Positions 24,101-39,100 of a DNA stretch of 64,000 nt are shown here, one piece after another. Position 1 is the stretch's first letter; the number at the start of each line of letters is the position of its first letter. The translations under genes and the position numbers were made by a program. Origin of the DNA: Torpedo marmorata (Eukaryota); the NCBI GenBank assembly GCA_977017645.1, contig OZ360220.1, positions 135,222,001-135,286,000 of the forward strand. Direction: 5' to 3'. The notes beneath the pieces are model-generated. The model ran no database searches and was not told the DNA's origin. It worked only from the letters and a program-made list of their open reading frames with translations.

Positions 24101-27100
24101 CCCCTGCACCCCAGAAAACTATTTTGCATATGTTTAGACTTCGCTGTGCAGTGAAGAGAGGGGGCTGTCAGGAGCCTTGGTGATTGAAGGGCCATAGAGT
24201 GCATCTCAAAGGACTGAGAAAAATCAAGGGAAGTACTGAAGGAGAGTGAATCAGAGGGATTTGGTTTAAAGTCAGGTACACAAAGAGGCCTGGAGAATGG
24301 GAAAGAACATTTGGATTGTCAGAGAAAGAGAAAAGAATAGAAAAGTTAAAAAAAAAGTCCTTGCAAATTGTGCACCCAGTTTTGTTGACTGGAAATTCAC
24401 AAGTTGTTTGACAATTCATGCATTTGTTTGGTGGATCCTGAGCTGGCTTACCTCGCAGTTTGTCCAGGATAGGTATAACGAAATGAATGAAAAAAGAGGG
24501 TGAAAAAGACTACTGAAACTGTGAAATAAAAAGTGTTGCTGATAATATGAAATAAAAGGAATACTCAACTCATCAGATGGCCTCTGAGATGAGAGAAACA
24601 TTGAGTTAATGTTATGATGATTGATGACTTTTCATCAGTACTGAGCTCCCAGACAGTCACCGATCTCATTTCCCTCTTGTTCTTCCTCCAGTCTGATATT
24701 CCTCAACCCTGCACAGCCCACTTGTATCCCTTCATCAAAATCCACATACAGATTCATCTAGAGAAGCCCATGGTTTCAGCCTGTCTTGTCTCAGAGTTTG
24801 ACTACTTCCTATCTTGACTCAATTCTTTCTCCCTTTATCCATTTTCTTCCCATTTACATCTGTAACACTTTTGTGCCTCTTGACAATTTCTACTTTCCTG
24901 GTCCCAATCAGCTCCTTCTTACCAATTGTGTCCAATCTTTGCACACCTCCGTCCCACGTAAGGATGGCCCGAGGGACTTGCATTTCATCCTTTATTTTAT
25001 TTTAAAAAAAATTTTTATTTAAAAATTTAAATCACAAAATACATAAAATAAAATATGAAATTATCAAAATATTTGTGATACATTTTCACCCTCCCTCCCA
25101 CCCTCCCCTCCCCAACCCTCCCAACCCCACTAATCTAATAAAAATAAAAAATATAAAATAAAAATAGAGAAAGAAAAAAAAAGAAAGAAAAAGATAGGGT
25201 AAGGAGGATGCCAATCTAAAAAACATACATCTATAAACTAATTCTATTATGGAGGTTAGGTATGCCAGTAGATCCGATACCCAGAGATCTTCAAATCCTT
25301 AAACCAACAACTTTCATATATGGGCTCCAAATCTTTAAGAAAAAATGATATTTATTACGTAAATTATAAGTAATTTTTTCAAGTGGTATACACGAACGAA
25401 GTTCTGCATGCCATCTTTCTAATCCTAAATCTAAATCAGATTTCCAAGTAATAGCAATATATTTCTTTGAAACAGCTAAAGCAATTCGCAAAAATTCTAT
25501 TTGATACATGTTTAATTTCATCTTAATACTAAATTTTCTAATATCTCCAAACAAATATATCATAGGATCCATTGGAAATGTAATCATAAATACTTTATCT
25601 AAAATTTTTTTAACTTTCAACCAAAAATCATAAACTTTTGGACAAAACCATGTAGAATGTACAAAAGAACCTTCTTCTTTATTACATCTAAAACATAAAC
25701 CTGATAATGTCGGATTAAATTTCTTTAGTTTTTTAGGTGTTTAATATAATTGATGAAAAAAATTATATTGTACTAATCTATATCTAACATTAATAATCTT
25801 CGTCATACTTAATTTACATAATTCTTTCCAGTGATTCTCATCTATTGTTACATTCAAATCCAATTCCCATTTTAATCTTGATTTATGAATTCCTATTTTA
25901 GAAGTTTTCCTCTGAAACAATTTATACATTTGAGAAATAAATTTATTTACATCTCCTTTAGTAACTAATAATTCTAATTCATTCTGTCTTGGTAAAATTA
26001 AACTATAACCTAATTTCTCAATCAGAAATGCTCTAATTTGATAATAATCAAAAAGTGTATTATCTAGTATATTAAATTTATCCTTCATTCTTTGAAAAGT
26101 AATGAATTTCCCAGCTTCAAAACAGTCATTAATTTTCTTAATTCCTTTTTGAAACCAAATTTTAAATAATTGATTATTAATAGTAAATAGAATAAGTCCA
26201 TTTTGATATAAAGGCATCCTTGGAGAAATCATTGTTCTTCCCCCTATTTCCTTATCCGTCTTATTCCATATTTCTAACAAATGTTTAAAGATAGGAGAAT
26301 TTTTCCTTCTTGTTGATATTAATTTAGAATCCCATTTATAAATAACTTCTTCTTTGGAATCTTCTTCTATATTATTTAATTCTATTTTAATCCAAGCAGA
26401 AGATTTAGTTGGATCAAAAAGTTCATTAACAAATTTTAATTGAGCTGCTTTATAATAATTTTGGAAATTAGGAAGTTGTAAACCACCCATTTCAAAATTC
26501 AAAGTTAATTTTTCTATACCTACTCTTGCTAACTTTCCTTTCCATAAAAATTTCTAATAATTGAATTTAAGTCTCTAAAAATTTTTTGAGGAACTTCATA
26601 AGGAATTGATTGGAAAAGATATTGAATTCTTGGAAAAATATTAATTTTAATACAATTTACCCTTCCCATTAAAGTTATAGGTAAATCTTTCCAATTTTCT
26701 AAATCCTTTTTTATTTTCACAAATAATGGTAAATAATTTAATTTATATAATTATCCAATTTTGTATCAATCTTTATTCCCAAATATTTAATTCCTTCTTT
26801 TGCCCATTTAAATTGTGTAATTTCTTTACACTTACTATAATCCCCTTGTGATAATGCCATAATTTCACTTTTATCAGAGTTAATTTTATATCCTGATATT
26901 TCCCCATATTCTCTCAATATTGCATTTCATCCTTGAACAGAAACCAAATTAACTCCACCTCTCCTGCTGCCTTCCTTCATCTGGCTGAACTCATTCTCCC
27001 ATTAAACTCCAAATGTAGCTCAGAAAACTTGCATGGGTCCAATCTATACTTAACTCTTTAACGGATAGGTGAAACAGACCTTGACTGGTCCTATTAGGGT

Positions 27101-30100
27101 CCCTCTCCCACCTCTTTTTCTTGTTCAATGACGACTTGATTGGCACTGCTTTTTGCTCTTGTAGAGAACTTGAAACCTTTGCTGACAATTTCCATTGCCA
27201 CATTGTCCATTTCTCCCTCCTCCCTCTCCTGTTTTGACTTCTCTGCCTCCTTCTCAGGAGATACGTGAGCAATCTACATCCATGACAAACCCACAGGCTT
27301 TCCATGGCTGTCCTCACTACAACTCTTCCCACCCTGCTTCCTCCAGGGACTGCCAGCCATTCTTCCAGTTTAGCTGGCTCCATCGCATCTGTTCTGAAGA
27401 CGCAACTTTCCACACCAGTGCTTCTGAGATTTCAACATCTGCTCTTTAACCTCTTCTCTTCCTGCCATCCAGTCATCCAAACACTTCTTCCAGGTGATAC
27501 AGTGATGCATTTGTACCTCATTGCATTAAATGTACTGGTTTCAAGGTTGACGAATGGCATCTTGTCTTCCGATGAGGCACATCATGTCTCTGTGGACTCG
27601 ACATTGAATTCAGGAATTGAGTGATGTGTCATTGTTACAGGTTGGTGAACCTTCATACAAACCAATTACTTTGCTTTACATGAAGTCACCAACGTGTAAT
27701 GTTGACACTAGCTTTCTCTCTCCAAAGATGTAGCCTTTCTTGTTTGAGAAAACAGCTGGTACAAATGCTGTCTTGCAGCTTCAGCAATGTGGGTTCAATC
27801 CTAACCTCAGACACTGTCTGTATAGAGTTTGTGTGTTCTCCCTGTGACCATCAGGGCTTCTTCTCCGTGCTCCAGTCTCCTCCCATGTGTAAAAGGTTCA
27901 TTGGACAGTGTAAATTTTCACAAGTATGTACGTTAGTTGTAGAATCTGGGGATATTTGATTGGAATGTGGGGAGAATAAAAAGGGATTAGTGTAAAATAG
28001 TGCTTAATGGCTGGTATGGACTTTGGACTGAAGGGCCTGTTAATGTGCTGTGTGACTCTGAATATTTCCAACATTCTCTCATTTAATATTTCCAGCAACA
28101 GCAATGTTTTCTACCTCAGGTCCGGCATTGCTATTCCCTCTTACTCTGTGTTCACTTTAATCTCCTTCTAATAACCTCCTCCAAAGAAACAAGCCATTGC
28201 CACCCTCTCTCAGTGACACCATCATTGTTTGTGTCTCCACCCAACCACAAGTATTCCCTTTCTTCTCTCTGCTCCTCCACCTCCTCTGCAACATTGAACA
28301 TGTTTGATTTCTAACCTCCCCAAGTTCTGATGGACAGTAATAAAACTGAAACATTAACTCTGATTTTTCTCTCCACAAATGTTGCCTGACCTGCTGCAAA
28401 ATACACATTGGCCTTTATTGTAAAGTGCTAGAGTTCAGAAAGAGGCAAGCATTTTTACAATTCTCTCAGGCATTGGTGAGGTCACACCTTGAGTATTGTG
28501 CAGATTTAGTCCTCTTGTTTCAGAAAGGATATTCAATATTGAAAGAAGTCCAATGGAGATTCACCAGGCTAATTGTCAGGATAGAGAGTTTTCCTATATC
28601 TTTTTAAAGATCCGAAGGTGGCTGGATTGGGAGATACTCACTGTTAGATAAGAGGACATAGCTACAAGATATGGGATGGTAATTTAAAATGGAGTTGCAG
28701 GAATTTCTTTTTGCAGTGGATGGTGAATCTCTTGAGTTCTGGAGGTGAGATCATCAAAGGTATTGAAAGAAAAAGTAGACAATTTTTTGAAAGATCACAG
28801 ACCATTTCCCAGGGTAGATGAATGTAGGGCATAGGTTTAACGTGAGAGGGGAGAGATTTAAGAAAGTCCCGAGGAGCAACTTTTTCACTCAGAGGGCGCT
28901 CCGTATCTGGAGCGACTGCCAGAAGAAGCTACAGGGCTGGGTTCCACTGAAACGTTAAAGAAGCATTTGGACAGATATGTGGATAGGAAACGCTTGGAAG
29001 TATGTCAACCAAATGCAGACAAATGGGACTAGTCCGGAAGGCCAACTTGCTCAGCGTGGATGAGTTGGGCCTAAGGGCCTGTTCCTTGTTGTATGGCTCT
29101 ATCACAGGATTGAGGGCAATGGGGAACTGACACAGAAGGGGAATTGGAGCCTGGAGCTAATTAGCCATGATTGTGTTGAAAATGGGCAGGTTCGAGGGGT
29201 TCCATTTTCTTGTATTTTATTTCTTGTTCTGAGTATTTCCAATGTTTTCTGTTTTTACTTCATTTGTCCAGCTATTAGCTCCAGAATTCTACCTTTTGCC
29301 TCCTTTAAGATGTTACTTCAGATTTACAAGCACTTGTTTTTCTGTCCTAGTATCTTTTTGTATGGCTCTGTCTCAAATTTTGGCTGAGAAGTTTCATGAA
29401 ACACGTAGGAATGTTTCCCAGTTTGAAAGTACCGTGCAAATGCAGTTGTTGTACTTTTGCCACTTAGTTGAATGAAGCTGAAGGGGATGTTTTTCCTTTC
29501 AGCCATTGGCCGATTCCAGGCCTGCAGTCAACACCAGGAAAGTGACCACAAAAGAGATGGTTCAGAGGAAGGACGATCCTACTTCCCAAAGGCTGGCCGA
29601 GCGGATGAAGCAAATGCAAGAGGAAACTGAGGAGTTGAGGTGAAAGAAGACCCTGGTTTGGAGCAGTGACTTAGCTTCTTGCTCTCTTATGAAGCTCCCA
29701 TTTCTTTTGAAAGTTTTGGTCAATGATCAGCATGCTCAGACTCCACCATGCTGAGTTCTTGGTTTTGAGATTCTGGGACAAACTGCGCTAGTGAACTACA
29801 TTAGATGGATTAAACAGTTGCGTTCCATTCAATCATGGAGATTCCCTCTCCAAGATTAATGTGCACTCTGGCAAGCAGTGCTGCCACTCTCAACTGGTCA
29901 ATCCAGTGAGTGCTTCTTGAAGCTTAGAGGAAAGGCTATACTTGGATTTATGGCACAAATATGGTTTAAATGGATTAGTTTTGAATTTCCTCTTCAACTT
30001 CCCTCACCAAATCTAAACTGCACATTCAAAAATGAAGACTGAGAAGAGATGAGGTTAGTATTTTCAGGAACCCAATAATGTGGGCCAGTTTTGGTCACCA

Positions 30101-33100
30101 TATTAGGTTAGACTATCAGACTTAGGAGCTGAATTAGGCCATTTGGCCCATTGAGTCTGCTCTGCCATGTGAATCATGGCTGATGTATTTTTTCTCTCAA
30201 CCCCATTCTCCTGCCTTCTCCCCATAACCTTTGACACCAGGATGTGAAGTTCTTCCAGTCAGGTCAAAAAAGATCTGCTAGAATGCTTCCAGGGATTTCA
30301 CCCTGAAAGTTAGACTGAAGAAGTTGGGGTTGTTGGGACAAAGAAGGTTGAGAGGATATTTGATACAGGTGTGTAAGACATGACTGGCTCTGATAGAGTT
30401 GAAAATGGTTCTCATGTTTGTTTCTTAATAAAGAAACAGTTTCCCTGAACAGATTGTTCAAGGACCAAGGCAGCCCGGTGTAAAATGAAGGGAAAAAGGT
30501 CGAGCGAGATACAAGGACTTTCTTTTACACATAATAACTTTGACCTGAGTACAGTCACTATATGGACAGGGTCAATCAAGGTTCTCAGATATTCTAGGGG
30601 GGAGGCCTGTGTCTCTTTTCCCCATGTCAATGCCCAGCAATCTCAAGGTCCTTAGAACATCCATCATGTTTCATTTAGTCTTGCAAATAATGGATTGCAG
30701 CCTTGCCTTGTGAGTGTTTAATAAGGAGCCCGAGACAAAGCTACCACCTTTCTGTCACAAATTTTCAAGAAGCATATAGGAAGTCTGGCGTAGGTGTCGG
30801 GAGACATGTGGTAGCATTGAAATGAAATTGAATGATGGTGGGATGTTGTTAGATGTTTCACTGACATGGACCAGAGCCAGAACATTCTTAACTCTAGCCT
30901 GTCCTTGATCATGAGGAAAAATCTATTCTGAAATCTGCTTTCTCTGTCCTTCAAACCAGCTTCCACTGCAGAATGAACTGTACAGTGAAGGAATACTCAA
31001 TGATGGAGCTCAAGAGATCCTCTGCGTCACCTGACTCAACTGAACATCTGACAGAAACCAGGAGCAGGGCAAGTGCAGAGAACACAGTGGATGGCAAAGG
31101 TACAAGTTCTACAAAGCAGCCTGGAGCTGACTCCTCATGATTATTGGGTGCTCATTACCCTGGGTGACCACGGTGACATGGTGGGATGAGAGGGGAAGGA
31201 TATGCCATCTTTTGAAGCTGCTGGTGACTGAAGTTCGGTGGGTCATATCCCTGACTTTTTCTCTCTCGCTCCCTCCCCTTGGCCCATGAGCAGGTTCACT
31301 CTGGTCATTTTTAAATTCTTCTTGAGATACAGTCATTAGTGCCAAGACAATCATAGACATAGTTCGACATGGTGGCGTATCACTGCAGTTATGTTTACTT
31401 AATTGTATATGTAATTCTCCACCACTGATGTGGAGTTTGAACACACATGTCCATGGTGTTGGTCCAGCCTTTGAATTACTATTTCAGTGATTAAAATAAT
31501 TGTGCAACCACATATGAGGAGAAGAAAGAGTACCCAAGCAGTTTGTCATTCAAAAGTACCCAACTAGTTTGCTCTCTGTGTCCCTGTGTCTCTCCCCTTC
31601 CCAAGATCCCTCTCATTCATCCATGATTCAGGTTCAACGCCCTTTTTCAGAACTGGGAAGGAGACAAAAACAAGCTTGCTCAAATGTAGGGAGGCATGAG
31701 AGGAAGGATGCTATTAATCCTCACTAACAGCTCATGGTGAATGCATCACGTCACCTGTCACAGCTCTCTCTTCCATATGTCTAGGGTTCTGCAGGTAAAA
31801 TAATGTTTCTTCTTGTCGCTAGTGTCATAATTTTGTATTCCTGAACTCTGCATTTTCACCTTCAGGTTAAGGCTTGACCTTTCCCCTTCTGATTGACTCT
31901 ATTCCTCCCTCTTGTGGAGAATCTTCACATCAGCAAGATTGAGCATGGCCATTATTTTCAAATGGGGTTCAGCATGCAGTTGTCCCCGTGTCTGCACAGA
32001 ATTCCTCCGGGGCACTGGTTTCCTTCCATATCCCTAAGATGGACTGGTCGATAGATTAAATGCCTCTGTAAATTTCCCAAGTATGTAGTTGACTGGAAGA
32101 ATTTGTGGGGAATTAATAAAAATGTTGGAAGAATAAAAATTGGAATTAATGTAAATGGGTGGTTGATGGTGCAGATTCAATAGCTGCAGGGCCTGTTTCT
32201 GTGCTGTACCTCTCTATGACCCATTTTCTCAATAAATTATCATTATGCTCTTAACGTAGTCATTTAATCCACACGCAACCGTCCAGTTGGCAATGTGATA
32301 CTCTCATACTAGAGTTGTTCTCTATTTGTAGCAATCAATCTTCCTCAGTGAGACTCCATCATTAATGCAGGACCACACCAGGGCTGGAGAGCTTTGTGAT
32401 CCATTGGCCCAAAGTCACCAAAGCCCAGAAATGCCTCTCAAGCATTTTACATTTGACACAAGTCATGTTTCAAAATAAAAATAAACTGTATTCCAAAATT
32501 GTTTCAAATAAGTCTTATTAAATTTTCATTTGCTTGAATCAACTCCATCCACGATTTCCTCTCGGAACCTGGTCCCAACTACTCAGTTACTGAAATATTG
32601 TTTCTGCAGATTAGACTTGCTACAGATGATGTGATGAAGCTCTGCAGATCCCATAACCAGTGAAGTTGGTAATTTTGGTGACAATATGTCTATATTTGAT
32701 GCATTGTTCAGCTGCAAAGTTAGTCACTTTGCTCCATCATCTTCCAATCCTCCTCCATCACCTGCAGTGACCAATTAGTATAATTCTGAGTTACGTTCTC
32801 CTTTCTCGGAAGATACTCAGAAGCTCCAGAAAACTCATTGCCCAGACGAGCCTTTCTCCGATGTGACCATAATTCTGCAAATTTCTATTACAAACTGGTG
32901 ATCTTGGATCAAAGCCACATTTGGACAAATAGAAAATCTGAACAAGAAGCAGACTCATTCTTCGCTTTACTCAACTGTTGAATCTGTTTCAGGAACCGCT
33001 CATATTTCAGTCATCGATGGATCACTGATGAAGGATAAGTTAATGGAGCAGTCCCTTTGGTTCCTGTTGCCTTCTGAGAGCCATTATAGGCAGACAATGG

Positions 33101-36100
33101 AAAGCATCAAGAACTTGCATTTGGGGAACAGCCTTGAACGGCACAGTCCTGGCAATTCTTTTAGCAAGGTACAACCGCTAGAAACAAGAGCAATGTTGGT
33201 GTTTGTTTAGACATAAGAACTCAAAATTGTCAGATTTAGGTGACTTGGAATGCATTATCAAGCTAAAGATATTGTATACATACAAATCACTGTCAACTTG
33301 GGTGTGCTTGAGAAGGATTCGTAATTTTTAATTATAAGTTTAACTATGAAGATTGCAAATGAACCTTAGCAGAATGGTGTGTAGTTAACAGTGAAGAATT
33401 GCAGGCTTGCACATTCAACTGGAAGGGCAAAATGCTCCATTAACACAGGCGTTTCCTCTGACATGGAATATTGAGGAGAAATCTAAACATCTTGAAGGAA
33501 GGATGAATGTGGAAGATTGCTCCTGTTGATTGATAATAGAGGCACAAACTGAGTGCTGGGTTTAAAAGGAAATATTTTCACATGGATTATTAAAATACTG
33601 AGATCTTTCACTACAAGGCTGACTGGGTCTGTAAAAATGAAAAGAATTTGGATGAAAATTTAGGAAGGAAGTTTGTAAAGGATTAAAGAAAGGGAAGTAA
33701 GCTGCTTCAGTTGAACTGGTATCCATAGGATTATTCAGTGGAAAAACATCCCTCTATTGGAACCTACTTCTTTGACCAAGCATGAGATCGCCTGTTTCCT
33801 TTTTTGGCTCAATCTCATCATTTGTTTATAACGCTCTTGTGAAGTGCCTTGTGAACCATCCCTACATTAAAGGTGCTATACCTGTTCCATTTTTGGTATT
33901 ATACTCTTTAACTTAATACCACCATCCCTGGAGTAAGTGAGAACTGTCATGGTGCAAGCATTACAGTGACTACAATGCCCAAGGACTTTTAGAGACTGAA
34001 AACCTTGGGAGTTGAGGGTTTTATATCTGTCTTTATTCCAGTGGGAAGAAACAGGAAGGCATATCTTTGGGAATCCAGGTGCATTCAGCCGTTTTACCCT
34101 TGAAATGGCTCACCAGTACCTGAAGGAAGAGGATCTTCGAGCCAGGCACCAGACAGCTCTATTCCGACTGAGGGAGAAAGCACTGAAGGAGAAAACCAAG
34201 GCTGAGCTGACTTGGCTGGAGCATCAGAAAATGTGAGCCCCCTTTTCAGGTGTGCTTTTTGCAAGTTTTGCAGGAGAGTGGTGAATAGAAACGGTGTAGG
34301 AGCAGGAGGTGGTGATGCAGCGTCTTGAGTACAGGGAGAGGGACAAGTATTGGAGCTGGGATGCACCCCTCGTGGAGCTGGACCCATGTGCCTGCAGAAA
34401 AAGCTTTGTAATTTTCTGTGACGCCATGAAATGTTTTATTAGGGTATAATACAGAAATGTTATTAGTGTATTGTGTGATATGGCCCAGATAATAACATGA
34501 TATAAATGTGCTTCATCTGTGTTTATTGAATTGATTAATTCCACAGACATTTCCAGAACAAAGGCCAAGATGACAAGAGGCCTGTCATTGTCAGGAAGCA
34601 GCGGGAGGTTCTGCTGAAGCTACAAAAGGAAAAGGTGAGGAATGCTGATACCCACTTCCTGTCCATCATCTCCACAACCCTTTCATCCACTTGTCCCATC
34701 ACCTCTGGGTGGTTGATGGTCAGGACAGTTTCAGTAGCCAAAGGGCTTGATTCCTTGCTGTGTTGCACCATAACCTTAACTACCTTTACCCATCATGCCT
34801 GTAAGAGCCGTAGGCTCAATAACTTACCTTAATCGCGGTGCTCCGATGCCTCGACGGGTTAAGGAGAAGTTGCGACGTTTGTAGGCCGTCCTCGGCCTGT
34901 TTGTGCTCTGCGCATGCGCTGGAGTGCCGACGGGCGCATGCGCAGTCTGAAATTGACGTCATTGTGCGCGGTGTAGTGTGGGAGATGTAGTATGCGCGGT
35001 GGAGCGTGCGCAGTGGAATAGGAACATGGAGCATGCGCGAATCGGAGAGAATAGGAAAAAGATGGCGACGTAGGAGGGTGAGTGAGATCGCCATATCTTT
35101 ATTGACCGTTTCATAGACGTTTCATAGATCGTTTCATCGAACGTTTCATACATCATTTCAGACATCGTTTCATTGAACTTTTAAACTAGTTACTTTGTGG
35201 TTTAAAATCGTTTATTTGAACATCTAAATACAGTTTAAGGAATCATTTAAAGGAACTCATCATACATCGTTTTCAAGAACTGTTTATATTGAAGTCATTG
35301 AAGATTACTGCAAGTCACGTGTGTAAATAAAGTTTTTGAACATATTGGACTTTGTTGGTAAATTAATTGAAACGCGTCAAAGACAAGTATCTCACTTAGC
35401 CTCCAGGTGACTATTGTTGGATCGAAGTTACCATATTATAATGCCTTTACTCCATCAACCCACATTCCTTTCCAGTTCACCTTTCACTACTTGCCTCTAT
35501 AGTCCTGCTTGTCCCTTGTAAACCCTCACATCTTTCTTGCTTTCTTCCCCATTGCTCCTTTTCATCCCTCCCACACCTGCACCATTTCTTGCCCCTTTCA
35601 CTCCACTCACCCCTTGCCCCACTTGGCCTCACATTTCACCTCCCTCCTCCCAAACCCTCAATCCTTTCACTCCATTTTGCTCTTCACTCTTCCACCCTAC
35701 TCACCTAATTGCTTCAAATGCCCTCATGTTTGTCTTGTCCATCATTTGCCCCTTTTGCCTCTTTTCCCCTTTTGCCTCTTTTCCCCTTTTGCCTCTTTGC
35801 CCCTTTTGCCTCTTTGCCTTTGCCCCTTTTGCCTCTTTGCACCTTTTGCCTCCGCTCCCTTTTCCCGCCCCCCCTCTCGCCCCCCCACTCTTGCCCCCCC
35901 ATGGCCCCCCCATGGTCCCCCCATATACCCCCCATGGCTCACTCATGGCCCCCCCACTCATCCCCCACAGTCCCCCCACTCCCCCCCCCCCTTGGGCTCC
36001 CTTTCCCTTGGGCTCCCCCCCGACTTGGACGTGCCCCCCCCTCGTGGGCACCCCCTCCTCTTGGGCGCACCCCCCCTTAGGCGCCCCCCTCCATTGGGAC

Positions 36101-39100
36101 CCCCTTGGGCCCCCCTGGCCCCTTTCCCCCCCCCTTCCACCCCTCCCATTGCCCCTTTTAGTCTTTTATTTCCCTTTTTATGTTCTGTCACTCCTCACTT
36201 TGTCCCAAGTCTCCCTCTCGTGTCACATGACGTTGAAGTCAATTTAGTCAGAATTCCTGCTTTATTCTTGGTGCCGATTGCTCTCGGAGTTTATAGGTCC
36301 TGCCTTTGCATAAATGTGATCATTGATGGAGCTCCCATGACCAATGCCACGATGGTAATACTATTTACTGTCTTGTGCTGTTAACTTGAGGATCTGTGTG
36401 TCTAACTGGGGGAATGTAATCCAGTCATGTCCTCTCAGCACCAGACAGCACCCATGGAAAAATGCATTTCTTTGACTTTGGATACGTTGAAATGAATGAT
36501 CCCATTTAGATCTTCACCGGATTAACACTATGTAAAATCACTGGGGTCCCTGTAAATGAACCTCACCCAAAAACGGATGATTGCCAAAGCTATGTCCTCA
36601 GTGGGAGATCACAAGAACACAAGAAAACAGGAGCAAGAGCAAGCGTAGACCACCAGGCATTTCAGGCCTGCCCCACCATTCAATGTGATCAGCTGATCTA
36701 TGCTGGCCTCAGCTCTTCTTCTGTGCTAGATCCCCAAAACCCTACTTTCCTTGATCTTTCAAATATTTATGAATCTTCACCTCAATTATGTCCAATGATC
36801 TGGCCTCTCCCACTCTCGGGGCCAGAGAATTCCAGAGATTCACATCCACCTCATTTCTGAATGACTGTCCCCTTATTTTATAGCTCTGTCTCCTTGCTCA
36901 AGACTCTCCCACTATGAAAACAACTGTGAACATTTCCTGAGCAAAATATAAACTGGTGGAAGAACTCAGCAGGTCAGGAGGCAAAGGATGGTCGACGTTT
37001 CAGGCCAAGACCCTGCTATAGGACAAACATGAAGGTTTCTCGATGCTTCTCAGTTCCCTGAATTAAAAAAAAGGCATTAAAATTTTTTTGAAATAATTAA
37101 AAACTTCCACCAGACCAAATGCTTGAATGAAAGCAACCTACCTTTATTCTTGAACAAACAACTAACCACTGGAGGAACTTCATGGGTTGAGCAGTATCTG
37201 TGGAGACAAGGGAACAGTCAGCATTTTGAGTTGAGACCCTGCAGGACTCGACCCAAAAAGTTGCCCATTTTTCCTCTATGGATGCTGCTCAACCAGCTGA
37301 GCTCCGCTAATGGTTGTATTTTTGCTCCAGATTACACCATCTGCAATGTTCTCTACTTTATTCTTGCCTGTCTTTTTTTTTTTCAGTTGCATAATCCTCA
37401 TTTAGATGAATGGGTTTGTGAATTCTGTTACTGGTCTAATCCACTATGGGAATTGAGAGTGGGTATCCCTCTGTAAATGCTTCTGCTCCACTGTAGGACT
37501 CCACGCGAGCTCCCATGGCAGAGCCCAGACAAGGAATCATCAGAAAAGTTCAGCGATCATCTTTGGGTCTTGGACAATCGCCAGTAGAAACTACTTGTGA
37601 TGCTGGGTAATCCCTCGCTGTCAACCGTAACTTGATAGGTGGATTCTTGGTTTTGAGACAAAATGTGGCGGCCTTGGAATGTGATGTGAAGGGTGAATGC
37701 TGCACTGTCAGAGGTGCTGAGTTCAATTAAACCACGACTTTGTCTTCTCTCTCTGAAATGGGCCCCACAGATTTTAAGGCATGATTTGGAGTAAAGCCTG
37801 GGGATTTTTGTCTCGTCTCTGTGACCCTAACTATCCCTCTGCCACCTTTTTCACCTTTTCAATACACTGATAATCTGGTCATGATCACATTGTTGATTAT
37901 TCAAGTGTGTTGAGAACCAGTTGTCTGCCACGTTTATGACACCACAGCAGTGAATATGATTCATAGATATTTCCTGAGATGTGAAGTATTGTTCATTAAT
38001 GGAAGGTCCTGAAATGGTGAAAGGCACCAGAGAAAAAGGTCTAAATTGCAGAGATTGAGTGTCTTGTTTCTACTTGGTTTCAGTGACAGAATTACTCTCT
38101 TATTGCTTAACTGCATACATGCTATTGCTTAACATATTAATTCCCATTTTCAGGCAGAGATCAGGCACCTCCACAATGCTTGTCAGGTTGCCCACCAGGA
38201 GAGGAAGCTCCTCTTGAAGCAGCAGCAAGAGACTTTTAGGATTCATCAGTCAACAGCACACCTGCAGTGGCAGCTGGGCAGATCTGCAACAGCCTCCTGG
38301 GTGAGAAGCTGTAACATTACTACCTCCAAACTCCATCTGTCACACGTCTGACCCACCTTCCATCCTCAGCTCAACCAAACATCTGCAGCCCTCATCCTAG
38401 CGCACACCAAGTCCCTTTCATCCATTGCCCTCAGTCACAGTGGCTGCCAGTTTGACAATAATTTGCCCTGTCCCCTTTCCATGAAAACTGCCTGCCCCAC
38501 AATCTCCAAAATGTTTGTGTTCCTTTAATACCTATGTACATTTCTGTTTTACAATTCTCTGCTATCACTGCCCATGCCTTCATCTGCTATGGTCTTGAGC
38601 CAGCCAAGTAAATTGTGCAAGTTGGTTCCTACAATTGGAGAGATCCACCCTCTATCCTTACTACATTCTACAGGGGATGTATTGAGAGTATTCTGAGCAA
38701 TTGCATCACCGCTTGGTTTGTAAACTGTACCATCTCAGACCGAAAGACCCTGCAGAGGATAGTGGGGTCAGCGGAGAAAATTATTGGTGTCCCTCTTCCC
38801 ACCATGACGGACATCTACAACACACGATGCATGAGGAAGGCTAATAACATTGTGAAGGACTTCTCACACCCCTTTTGTAAACTTTTTCCCTTTTGCCATC
38901 TGGAAGGAGGTACCGAAGCATTCGGGCTCGTACGTCCAGATTGTGCAACAGTTTTTTCCCCCAAGCCATCAGGCTCCTCAATTTTTAGATATATATGTGT
39001 AATAGCATGTTATAGTTTTTTTTAAATTGTATTATGATATTTATGTACATTTGCTCATGGTCCTGGCGAAACGCTATCTCGTCTTACTGTGTATATGGTA

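Noticed and set aside
34828-34862. piggyBac-like end (gggTTAA)
   Set aside because: No matching TTAAccc terminus or TIR pair found
35509-36384. Pro-rich and Gly/Lys-rich ORFs on both strands
   Set aside because: Low-complexity DNA lacking stop codons; no domain signal
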